This document shows, piece by piece, positions 53,001 to 64,000 of a stretch of DNA of 64,000 nt. Source of the DNA: the human T2T-CHM13v2.0 reference genome, Homo sapiens. The translations under genes were made by a program, and so were the position numbers. The notes beneath the pieces were generated by a model, which searched no databases, was not told where the DNA came from, and saw only the letters and a list, made by a program, of their open reading frames with translations. The first letter of the stretch is position 1; the number at the start of each line of letters is the position of its first letter. The stretch is taken from assembly GCF_009914755.1 (NCBI RefSeq), contig NC_060944.1; one strand, 5' to 3'.

Positions 53001-56000
53001 TCTAGACAGAAGCATTCTCAGAAACTTCTTTGGGATGTTGCATTCAAGTCACAGAGTAGAACATTCCCATTCATAGAGCAGATTTGAAACACTCTTTTTG
53101 TAGTATCTGGAAGTGGACATTTGGAGCGCTTTCAGGCCTATGTTGAAAAAGGAAATATGTTCCCATAAAAACTAGACGGAAGCATTCTCAGAAACTTATT
53201 TGTGATGTGTTTGCTCAACTAACAGGATTGAACCATCGTTTTGAAGGAGCAGTTTTGAAACACTGTTTTCGTGGAATCTGCAAGTGGATATTTGGCTAGC
53301 TTTGAGGATTTCGTTGGAAACGGGATTACATATAAAAAGGAGACAGCAGCATTCTCAGAAACTTCTTTGTGATGTCTGCATTCAATTCACAGAGTTGAGC
53401 ATTCCCTTTCATAGAGCAGGTTGGAAACACTCTTTTTGTAGTATCTGGATGAGGACATTTGGAGCGCTTTCAGGCGTATGGTGAAAAAGGAAATATCTTC
53501 CCGTAAAAACTAGACAGAAGCATTCTCAGAAGTTTATTTGTGATGTGTGCCCTCAACTAACAGAGTTGAACCTTTCTTTTGATAGAGCAGTTTTGAAACA
53601 CTCTTTTTGTAAAATCTGCAAGAGGATATTTGGATAGCTTTGAGGATTTCGTTGCAAACGGGAATGGCTTCATATAAACTCTAGACAGAAGCATTCTCAG
53701 AAACTTCGTTGGGATGTTTCGATTGAAGTCCCAGTGTTGAACATTCCCTTTTATAGAGCAGGTTGGAAACACCCTTTCTGCATTCCCTGGAAGTGGACAT
53801 TTGGAGCGCTTTCAGGACGACGGTGAAAATGGAAATATCTTCCAAGAAAATCTAGATAGAAGCAATGTCAGAAACTTTTATGTGATGGATCTACTCAGCT
53901 AACAGAGTTGAACCTTTCTTTTGAGAGAGCAGTTTTGCAACACTCTTTTTGTGGAATATGCAAGTGGATATTAGGGCAGCTTTGAGGATTTCGTTGGAAA
54001 CGGGAATACATGTAAAAAGCAGACAGCAGCATTCTCAGAAACTTCTTTGTGATGTTTGCATTGAAGTCACAGAGTTGAACATTCCCTTTGAGAGAGCAGG
54101 TTTGAAACACGCCTTTTGTCATATCTGGAAGTGTCCATTCGGAGCGCATTCAGGCTTGTGTTGAAAAAGGAAATATCCTCCCATAAAAACTAGACAGAAG
54201 CATTCTCAGAAACTTATCTGTGATGTATGTACTCAACTAACAGAACTAAACCATCGTTTTGAAGGAGCAGTTTTGAAACACTCTTTTTGCGGAATCTGCA
54301 AGTGGATATTTGGCTAGCTGGGAGGATTTCGTTGGAAACGGGATTACATACAAAAAGCAGACAGCAGCATTCTCAGAAACTTCTTTGTGATGTTTGCATT
54401 CAAGTCACAGAGTTGAACATTCCCTTTCATAGAGCAGGTTTGAAACACTCTTTTTGTAGTATCTGGATGTGGACATTTGGATCGCTTTCAGGCCTATGGT
54501 GAAAAAGGAAATATCTTCCCATGAAAACTAGACAGAAGCATTCTCAGAAACTTATTCGTGATGTGTGCCCTCAACTGACAGTGTTGAACCTTTGTTTTGA
54601 TAGAGCAGTTCTGAAACACACTTTTTGTAAAATCTGCAAGAGGATATTTGGATAGCTTTGAGGATTTCGTTGGAAACGGGAATGTCTTCATGTAAACTCT
54701 AGACAGAAGCATTCTCAGAAACTGCTTTGGGATGTTTCAATTGAAGTCCCAGTGTTGAACATTCCCATTCATAGAGCAGGTTTGAAACACTCTTTTTCTA
54801 CTATCTGGAAGTGGACATTTGGAGCGCTTTCAGGTCTACGGTGAAAAAGGAGATATCTTCCAATAAAAACTAGATAGAAGCAATGTCAGAACTTTTTTCA
54901 TGATGTATCTACTCAGCAAACAGAGTTGAACCTTTCTTTTGAGAGAGCAGTTTTGAAACACTCTTTTTGTGGAATATGCAAGTGGGTATTAGGCCAGCTT
55001 GGAGGATTTCGTTGGAAACGGGAATACGTATAAAAAGCAGACAGCAGCATTGTCAGAAACTACTTTGTGATGTTTGCATTCAAGTCACAGAATTGAACAC
55101 TCCCTTTCACAGAGCAGGTTTGAAACACTCTTTTTGTAGTGTCTGTAAGTGAACATTTGGATTGCTTTCAGGCCTAAGGTGAAAAAGGAAATATCTTCCC
55201 ATAAAAACTAGACAGAAGCATTCTCAGAAACTTGTTTGTGATGTGTGCCCTCTACTGACAGAGTTGAACCTTTCTTTGCAAAGAGCAGTTTTGAAACACT
55301 CTTTTTGTAGAATCTGCAAGAGGATATTTGGATAGCTTTGAGGATTTCTTGGGAAACGGGAATGTCTTCAGATAAACTCTAGACAGAAGCATTCTCAGAA
55401 ACTTCTTTGGGATGTTTCAATTGAAGTCACAGTGTTGAACATTCCCTTTCACAGAGCAGGTTTGAAACACTCTTTTTGTAGTGTCTATAAGTGAACATTT
55501 GGCGTGCTTTCAGGCCTAACGTGAAAAAGGAAATATCTTCCCATAAAAACTAGACAGAAGCATTCTCAGAAACTTGTTCTTGATGTGTCCCCTCTACTGA
55601 CAGAGTTGAACCTTTCTTTGCAAAGAGCAGCTTTGAAACACTCTTTTTGTAGAATCTGCAAGAGGATATTTGGATAGCTTGGAGGATTTCGTTGGAAACG
55701 GGTATGTCTTCAGATAAACTCTAGACAGAAGCATTCTCAGAAACTTCTTTGGGATGTTGCATTCAAGTCACAGAGTAGAACATTCCCATTCATAGAGCAG
55801 ATTTGAAACACTCTTTTTGTAGTATCTGGAAGTGGACATTTGGAGCGCTTTCAGGCCTATGTTGAAAAAGGAAATATCTTCCCATAAAAACTAGACGGAA
55901 GCATTCTCAGAAACTTATTTGTGATGTGTTTGCTCAACTAACAGGATTGAACCATCGTTTTGAAGGAGCAGTTTTGAAACACTGTTTTCGTGGAATCTGC

Positions 56001-59000
56001 AAGTGGATATTTGGCTAGCTTTGAGGATTTCGTTGGAAACGGGATTACATATAAAAAGGAGACAGCAGCATTCTCAGAAACTTCTTTGTGATGTCTGCAT
56101 TCAATTCACAGAGTTGAGCATTCCCTTTCATAGAGCAGGTTGGAAACACTCTTTTTGTAGTATCTGGATGAGGACATTTGGAGCGCTTTCAGGCGTATGG
56201 TGAAACAGGAAATATCTTCCCGTAAAAACTAGACAGAAGCATTCTCAGAAGTTTATTTGTGATGTGTGCCCTCAACTAACAGAGTTGAACCTTTCTTTTG
56301 ATAGAGCAGTTTTGAAACACTCTTTTTGTAAAATCTGCAAGAGGATATTTGGATAGCTTTGAGGATTTCGTTGCAAACGGGAATGGCTTCATATAAACTC
56401 TAGACAGAAGCATTCTCAGAAACTTCGTTGGGATGTTTCGATTGAAGTCCCAGTGTTGAACATTCCCTTTTATAGAGCAGGTTGGAAACACTCTTTCTGC
56501 ATTCCCTGGAAGTGGACATTTGGAGCGCTTTCAGGACGACGGTGAAAATGGAAATATCTTCCAAGAAAATCTAGATAGAAGCAATGTCAGAAACTTTTAT
56601 GTGATGGATCTACTCAGCTAACAGAGTTGAACCTTTCTTTTGAGAGAGCAGTTTTGCAACACTCTTTTTGTGGAATATGCAAGTGGATATTAGGGCAGCT
56701 TTGAGGATTTCGTTGGAAACGGGAATACATGTAAAAAGCAGACAGCAGCATTCTCAGAAACTTCTTTGTGATGTTTGCATTGAAGTCACAGAGTTGAACA
56801 TTCCCTTTGAGAGAGCAGGTTTGAAACACGCCTTTTGTCATATCTGGAAGTGTCCATTCGGAGCGCATTCAGGCTTGTGTTGAAAAAGGAAATATCCTCC
56901 CATAAAAACTAGACAGAAGCATTCTCAGAAACTTATCTGTGATGTATGTACTCAACTAACAGAACTAAACCATCGTTTTGAAGGAGCAGTTTTGAAACAC
57001 TCTTTTTGCGGAATCTGCAAGTGGATATTTGGCTAGCTGGGAGGATTTCGTTGGAAACGGGATTACATACAAAAAGCAGAGAGCAGCATTCTCAGAAACT
57101 TCTTTGTGATGTTTGCATTCAAGTCACAGAGTTGAACATTCCCTTTCATAGAGCAGGTTTGAAACACTCTTTTTGTAGTATCTGGATGTGGACATTTGGA
57201 TCGCTTTCAGGCCTATGGTGAAAAAGGAAATATCTTCCCATGAAAACTAGACAGAAGCATTCTCAGAAACTTATTTGTGATGTGTGCCCTCAACTGACAG
57301 TGTTGAACCTTTGTTTTGATAGAGCAGTTCTGAAACACACTTTTTGTAAAATCTGCAAGAGGATATTTGGATAGCTTTGAGGATTTCGTTGGAAACGGGA
57401 AGGTCTTCATGTAAACTCTGGACAGAAGCATTCTCAGAAACTGCTTTGGGATGTTTCAATTGAAGTCCCAGTGTTGAACATTCCCTTTCATAGAGCAGGT
57501 TTGAAACACTCTTTTTGTACTATCTGGAAGTGGACATTTGGAGCGCTTTCAGGTCTACGGTGAAAAAGGAGATATCTTCCAATAAAAACTAGATAGAAGC
57601 AATGTCAGAACTTTTTTCATGATGTATCTACTCAGCAAACAGAGTTGAACCTTTCTTTTGAGAGAGCAGTTTTGAAACACTCTTTTTGTGGAATATGCAA
57701 ATGGGTATTAGGCCAGCTTGGAGGATTTCGTTGGAAACGGGAATACGTATAAAAAGCAGACAGCAGCATTGTCAGAAACTACTTTGTGATGTTTGCATTC
57801 AAGTCACAGAATTGAACACTCCCTTTCACAGAGCAGGTTTGAAACACTCTTTTTGTAGTGTCTGTAAGTGAACATTTGGATTGCTTTCAGGCCTAAGGTG
57901 AAAAAGGAAATATCTTCCCATAAAAACTAGACAGAAGCATTCTCAGAAACTTGTTTGTGATGTGTGCCCTCTACTGACAGAGTTGAACCTTTCTTTGCAA
58001 AGAGCAGTTTTGAAACACTCTTTTTGTAGAATCTGCAAGAGGATATTTGGATAGCTTTGAGGATTTCTTGGGAAACGGGAATGTCTTCAGATAAACTCTA
58101 GACAGAAGCATTCTCAGAAACTTCTTTGGGATGTTTCAATTGAAGTCACAGTGTTGAACATTCCCTTTCACAGAGCAGGTTTGAAACACTCTTTTTGTAG
58201 TGTCTATAAGTGAACATTTGGCGTGCTTTCAGGCCTAACGTGAAAAAGGAAATATCTTCCCATAAAAACTAGACAGAAGCATTCTCAGAAACTTGTTCTT
58301 GATGTGTCCCCTCTACTGACAGAGTTGAACCTTTCTTTGCAAAGAGCAGCTTTGAAACACTCTTTTTGTAGAATCTGCAAGAGGATATTTGGATAGCTTG
58401 GAGGATTTCGTTGGAAACGGGTATGTCTTCAGATAAACTCTAGACAGAAGCATTCTCAGAAACTTCTTTGGGATGTTGCATTCAAGTCACAGAGTAGAAC
58501 ATTCCCATTCATAGAGCAGATTTGAAACACTCTTTTTGTAGTATCTGGAAGTGGACATTTGGAGCGCTTTCAGGCCTATGTTGAAAAAGGAAATATCTTC
58601 CCATAAAAACTAGACGGAAGCATTCTCAGAAACTTATTTGTGATGTGTTTGCTCAACTAACAGGATTGAACCATCGTTTTGAAGGAGCAGTTTTGAAACA
58701 CTGTTTTCGTGGAATCTGCAAGTGGATATTTGGCTAGCTTTGAGGATTTCGTTGGAAACGGGATTACATATAAAAAGGAGACAGCAGCATTCTCAGAAAC
58801 TTCTTTGTGATGTCTGCATTCAATTCACAGAGTTGAGCATTCCCTTTCATAGAGCAGGTTGGAAACACTCTTTTTGTAGTATCTGGATGAGGACATTTGG
58901 AGCGCTTTCAGGCGTATGGTGAAACAGGAAATATCTTCCCGTAAAAACTAGACAGAAGCATTCTCAGAAGTTTATTTGTGATGTGTGCCCTCAACTAACA

Positions 59001-62000
59001 GAGTTGAACCTTTCTTTTGATAGAGCAGTTTTGAAACACTCTTTTTGTAAAATCTGCAAGAGGATATTTGGATAGCTTTGAGGATTTCGTTGCAAACGGG
59101 AATGGCTTCATATAAACTCTAGACAGAAGCATTCTCAGAAACTTCGTTGGGATGTTTCGATTGAAGTCCCAGTGTTGAACATTCCCTTTTATAGAGCAGG
59201 TTGGAAACACTCTTTCTGCATTCCCTGGAAGTGGACATTTGGAGCGCTTTCAGGACGACGGTGAAAATGGAAATATCTTCCAAGAAAATCTAGATAGAAG
59301 CAATGTCAGAAACTTTTATGTGATGGATCTACTCAGCTAACAGAGTTGAACCTTTCTTTTGAGAGAGCAGTTTTGCAACACTCTTTTTGTGGAATATGCA
59401 AGTGGATATTAGGGCAGCTTTGAGGATTTCGTTGGAAACGGGAATACATGTAAAAAGCAGACAGCAGCATTCTCAGAAACTTCTTTGTGATGTTTGCATT
59501 GAAGTCACAGAGTTGAACATTCCCTTTGAGAGAGCAGGTTTGAAACACGCCTTTTGTCATATCTGGAAGTGTCCATTCGGAGCGCATTCAGGCTTGTGTT
59601 GAAAAAGGAAATATCCTCCCATAAAAACTAGACAGAAGCATTCTCAGAAACTTATCTGTGATGTATGTACTCAACTAACAGAACTAAACCATCGTTTTGA
59701 AGGAGCAGTTTTGAAACACTCTTTTTGCGGAATCTGCAAGTGGATATTTGGCTAGCTGGGAGGATTTCGTTGGAAACGGGATTACATACAAAAAGCAGAC
59801 AGCAGCATTCTCAGAAACTTCTTTGTGATGTTTGCATTCAAGTCACAGAGTTGAACATTCCCTTTCATAGAGCAGGTTTGAAACACTCTTTTTGTAGTAT
59901 CTGGATGTGGACATTTGGATCGCTTTCAGGCCTATGGTGAAAAAGGAAATATCTTCCCATGAAAACTAGACAGAAGCATTCTCAGAAACTTATTCGTGAT
60001 GTGTGCCCTCAACTGACAGTGTTGAACCTTTGTTTTGATAGAGCAGTTCTGAAACACACTTTTTGTAAAATCTGCAAGAGGATATTTGGATAGCTTTGAG
60101 GATTTCGTTGGAAACGGGAATGTCTTCATGTAAACTCTGGACAGAAGCATTCTCAGAAACTGCTTTGGGATGTTTCAATTGAAGTCCCAGTGTTGAACAT
60201 TCCCTTTCATAGAGCAGGTTTGAAACACTCTTTTTGTACTATCTGGAAGTGGACATTTGGAGCGCTTTCAGGTCTACGGTGAAAAAGGAGATATCTTCCA
60301 ATAAAAACTAGATAGAAGCAATGTCAGAACTTTTTTCATGATGTATCTACTCAGCAAACAGAGTTGAACCTTTCTTTTGAGAGAGCAGTTTTGAAACACT
60401 CTTTTTGTGGAATATGCAAGTGGGTATTAGGCCAGCTTGGAGGATTTCGTTGGAAACGGGAATATGTATAAAAAGCAGACAGCAGCATTGTCAGAAACTA
60501 CTTTGTGATGTTTGCATTCAAGTCACAGAATTGAACACTCCCTTTCACAGAGCAGGTTTGAAACACTCTTTTTGTAGTGTCTGTAAGTGAACATTTGGAT
60601 TGCTTTCAGGCCTAAGGTGAAAAAGGAAATATCTTCCCATAAAAACTAGACAGAAGCATTCTCAGAAACTTGTTTGTGATGTGTGCCCTCTACTGACAGA
60701 GTTGAACCTTTCTTTGCAAAGAGCAGTTTTGAAACACTCTTTTTGTAGAATCTGCAAGAGGATATTTGGATAGCTTTGAGGATTTCTTGGGAAACGGGAA
60801 TGTCTTCAGATAAACTCTAGACAGAAGCATTCTCAGAAACTTCTTTGGGATGTTTCAATTGAAGTCACAGTGTTGAACATTCCCTTTCACAGAGCAGGTT
60901 TGAAACACTCTTTTTGTAGTGTCTATAAGTGAACATTTGGCGTGCTTTCAGGCCTAACGTGAAAAAGGAAATATCTTCCCATAAAAACTAGACAGAAGCA
61001 TTCTCAGAAACTTGTTCGTGATGTGTGCCCTCTACTGACAGAGTTGAACCTTTCTTTGCAAAGAGCAGCTTTGAAACACACTTTTTGTAGAATCTGCAAG
61101 AGGATATTTGGATAGCTTGGAGGATTTCGTTGGAAACGGGTATGTCTTCAGATAAACTCTAGACAGAAGCATTCTCAGAAACTTCTTTGGGATGTTGCAT
61201 TCAAGTCACAGAGTAGAACATTCCCATTCATAGAGCAGATTTGAAACACTCTTTTTGTAGTATCTGGAAGTGGACATTTGGAGCGCTTTCAGGCCTATGT
61301 TGAAAAAGGAAATATGTTCCCATAAAAACTAGACGGAAGCATTCTCAGAAACTTATTTGTGATGTGTTTGCTCAACTAACAGGATTGAACCATCGTTTTG
61401 AAGGAGCAGTTTTGAAACACTGTTTTCGTGGAATCTGCAAGTGGATATTTGGCTAGCTTTGAGGATTTCGTTGGAAACGGGATTACATATAAAAAGGAGA
61501 CAGCAGCATTCTCAGAAACTTCTTTGTGATGTCTGCATTCAATTCACAGAGTTGAGCATTCCCTTTCATAGAGCAGGTTGGAAACACTCTTTTTGTAGTA
61601 TCTGGATGAGGACATTTGGAGCGCTTTCAGGCGTATGGTGAAAAAGGAAATATCTTCCCGTAAAAACTAGACAGAAGCATTCTCAGAAGTTTATTTGTGA
61701 TGTGTGCCCTCAACTAACAGAGTTGAACCTTTCTTTTGATAGAGCAGTTTTGAAACACTCTTTTTGTAAAATCTGCAAGAGGATATTTGGATAGCTTTGA
61801 GGATTTCGTTGCAAACGGGAATGGCTTCATATAAACTCTAGACAGAAGCATTCTCAGAAACTTCGTTGGGATGTTTCGATTGAAGTCCCAGTGTTGAACA
61901 TTCCCTTTTATAGAGCAGGTTGGAAACACTCTTTCTGCATTCCCTGGAAGTGGACATTTGGAGCGCTTTCAGGACGACGGTGAAAATGGAAATATCTTCC

Positions 62001-62195
62001 AAGAAAATCTAGATAGAAGCAATGTCAGAAACTTTTATGTGATGGATCTACTCAGCTAACAGAGTTGAACCTTTCTTTTGAGAGAGCAGTTTTGCAACAC
62101 TCTTTTTGTGGAATATGCAAGTGGATATTAGGGCAGCTTTGAGGATTTCGTTGGAAACGGGAATACATGTAAAAAGCAGACAGCAGCATTCTCAG
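35006..62195 (+). repeat. HOR copies 14-23, full-length 16-mers
   Basis: The 2,719-bp period resumes (35254, 37973 ... 62444). Confidence 0.97.
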
Positions 62196-64000
62196 AAACT
62201 TCTTTGTGATGTTTGCATTGAAGTCACAGAGTTGAACATTCCCTTTGAGAGAGCAGGTTTGAAACACGCCTTTTGTCATATCTGGAAGTGTCCATTCGGA
62301 GCGCATTCAGGCTTGTGTTGAAAAAGGAAATATCCTCCCATAAATACTAGACAGAAGCATTCTCAGAAACTTATCTGTGATGTATGTACTCAACTAACAG
62401 AACTAAACCATCGTTTTGAAGGAGCAGTTTTGAAACACTCTTTTTGCGGAATCTGCAAGTGGATATTTGGCTAGCTGGGAGGATTTCGTTGGAAACGGGA
62501 TTACATACAAAAAGCAGAGAGCAGCATTCTCAGAAACTTCTTTGTGATGTTTGCATTCAAGTCACAGAGTTGAACATTCCCTTTCATAGAGCAGGTTTGA
62601 AACACTCTTTTTGTAGTATCTGGATGTGGACATTTGGATCGCTTTCAGGCCTATGGTGAAAAAGGAAATATCTTCCCATGAAGACTAGACAGAAGCATTC
62701 TCAGAAACTTATTTGTGATGTGTGCCCTCAACTGACAGTGTTGAACCTTTGTTTTGATAGAGCAGTTCTGAAACACACTTTTTGTAAAATCTGCAAGAGG
62801 ATATTTGGATAGCTTTGAGGATTTCGTTGGAAACGGGAATGTCTTCATGTAAACTCTAGACAGAAGCATTCTCAGAAACTGCTTTGGGATGTTTCAATTG
62901 AAGTCCCAGTGTTGAACATTCCCTTTCATAGAGCAGGTTTGAAACACTCTTTTTGTACTATCTGGAAGTGGACATTTGGAGCGCTTTCAGGTCTACGGTG
63001 AAAAAGGAGATATCTTCCAATAAAAACTAGATAGAAGCAATGTCAGAACTTTTTTCATGATGTATCTACTCAGCAAACAGAGTTGAACCTTTCTTTTGAG
63101 AGAGCAGTTTTGAAACACTCTTTTTGTGGAATATGCAAGTGGGTATTAGGCCAGCTTGGAGGATTTCGTTGGAAACGGGAATACGTATAAAAAGCAGACA
63201 GCAGCATTGTCAGAAACTACTTTGTGATGTTTGCATTCAAGTCACAGAATTGAACACTCCCTTTCACAGAGCAGGTTTGAAACACTCTTTTTGTAGTGTC
63301 TGTAAGTGAACATTTGGATTGCTTTCAGGCCTAAGGTGAAAAAGGAAATATCTTCCCATAAAAACTAGACAGAAGCATTCTCAGAAACTTGTTTGTGATG
63401 TGTGCCCTCTACTGACAGAGTTGAAGCTTTCTTTGCAAAGAGCAGTTTTGAAACACTCTTTTTGTAGAATCTGCAAGAGGATATTTGGATAGCTTTGAGG
63501 ATTTCTTGGGAAACGGGAATGTCTTCAGATAAACTCTAGACAGAAGCATTCTCAGAAACTTCTTTGGGATGTTTCAATTGAAGTCACAGTGTTGAACATT
63601 CCCTTTCACAGAGCAGGTTTGAAACACTCTTTTTGTAGTGTCTATAAGTGAACATTTGGCGTGCTTTCAGGCCTAACGTGAAAAAGGAAATATCTTCCCA
63701 TAAAAACTAGACAGAAGCATTCTCAGAAACTTGTTCTTGATGTGTCCCCTCTACTGACAGAGTTGAACCTTTCTTTGCAAAGAGCAGCTTTGAAACACTC
63801 TTTTTGTAGAATCTGCAAGAGGATATTTGGATAGCTTGGAGGATTTCGTTGGAAACGGGTATGTCTTCAGATAAACTCTAGACAGAAGCATTCTCAGAAA
63901 CTTCTTTGGGATGTTGCATTCAAGTCACAGAGTAGAACATTCCCATTCATAGAGCAGATTTGAAACACTCTTTTTGTAGTATCTGGAAGTGGACATTTGG
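62196..64000 (+). repeat. HOR copy 24, truncated by the window end
   Basis: Matches offsets 1-1805 of the HOR unit. Confidence 0.96.

Larger units (their letters stand above)
1..64000 (+). repeat. Centromeric alpha-satellite HOR array (16-mer, 2,719-bp period), dimeric SF2 type; most likely human chr20 D20Z2
   Basis: ~170-bp tandem monomers with alphoid hallmarks (CATTCTCAGAAACTT, GAGTTGAAC, TTTGAAACACTCTTTTTG) and CENP-B boxes about every 340 bp. The ORF track recurs every 2,719 bp (249, 2968, 5687...). Alpha-satellite identity is essentially certain. The D20Z2 call (about 0.8) rests on a 16-mer with strict A/B alternation, unlike the pentameric 16-mer D17Z1. Confidence 0.98.

Noticed and set aside
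39291-62345. Isolated singleton SNVs (e.g. near 39291, 46799, 47366, 53773, 54798, 57701, 60465, 62345)
   Set aside because: This is ordinary background divergence or possible consensus error, with no pattern I could support.
249-63309. Recurrent 61-84 aa ORFs on both strands
   Set aside because: They are chance open frames in alpha-satellite: they recur at the HOR period, many begin at TTG/GTG, show no recognisable domain, and appear or vanish with single SNVs (e.g. A41376, CTCTGGAC).
1-64000. CRISPR-like or other repeat-spacer system
   Set aside because: The sequence between conserved motifs is itself homologous monomer sequence; there are no unique spacers and no cas genes.
1-64000. Assignment to chr17 D17Z1 (also a ~2.7-kb 16-mer)
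   Set aside because: D17Z1 is built on the pentameric SF3 pattern; here A- and B-type monomers alternate strictly as dimers, which fits SF2.
1-64000. L1/Alu insertions, inversions or non-satellite islands
   Set aside because: The period is exact apart from the 342-bp deletion, orientation never changes, and I saw no poly(A) tails or target-site duplications.

Overview
The whole 64 kb window is one uninterrupted head-to-tail array of primate centromeric alpha-satellite DNA (~171-bp monomers), all in one orientation. It is organised as a 2,719-bp, 16-monomer higher-order repeat (HOR), present as 23 complete copies and one partial copy. Monomers alternate between CENP-B-box (B-type) and pJalpha-motif (A-type). 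This dimeric pattern, the monomer sequences and the 16-mer length best fit the active suprachromosomal family 2 array of human chromosome 20 (D20Z2, S2C20H1L); that assignment is an inference, not an alignment result. I found no genes, RNA genes, transposons or inversions, and the ORF track is a translation artefact of the repeat. I did not find a new coding system. The signal worth following is how the array evolved: (i) one 14-mer deletion variant (-342 bp) that shares a haplotype with two 16-mers in which the box-5 monomer is replaced by a CENP-B-dead paralogue; (ii) a three-HOR (8,157-bp) super-repeat defined by SNV haplotypes; (iii) chimeric HORs from phase-shifted tandem duplications; (iv) a haplotype domain switch near 35 kb; (v) apparent gene-conversion tracts; and (vi) an internal 6+2+2+6 ancestry of the 16-mer. 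HOR copy numbering is mine, with arbitrary phase: starts at 1, 2720, 5439, 8158, 10877, 13596, 16315, 19034, 21753, 24472, 27191, 29910, 32629 (short copy), 35006, 37725, 40444, 43163, 45882, 48601, 51320, 54039, 56758, 59477 and 62196. 'Offset' means position within a copy. Variants were read by eye, so the lists may be incomplete.
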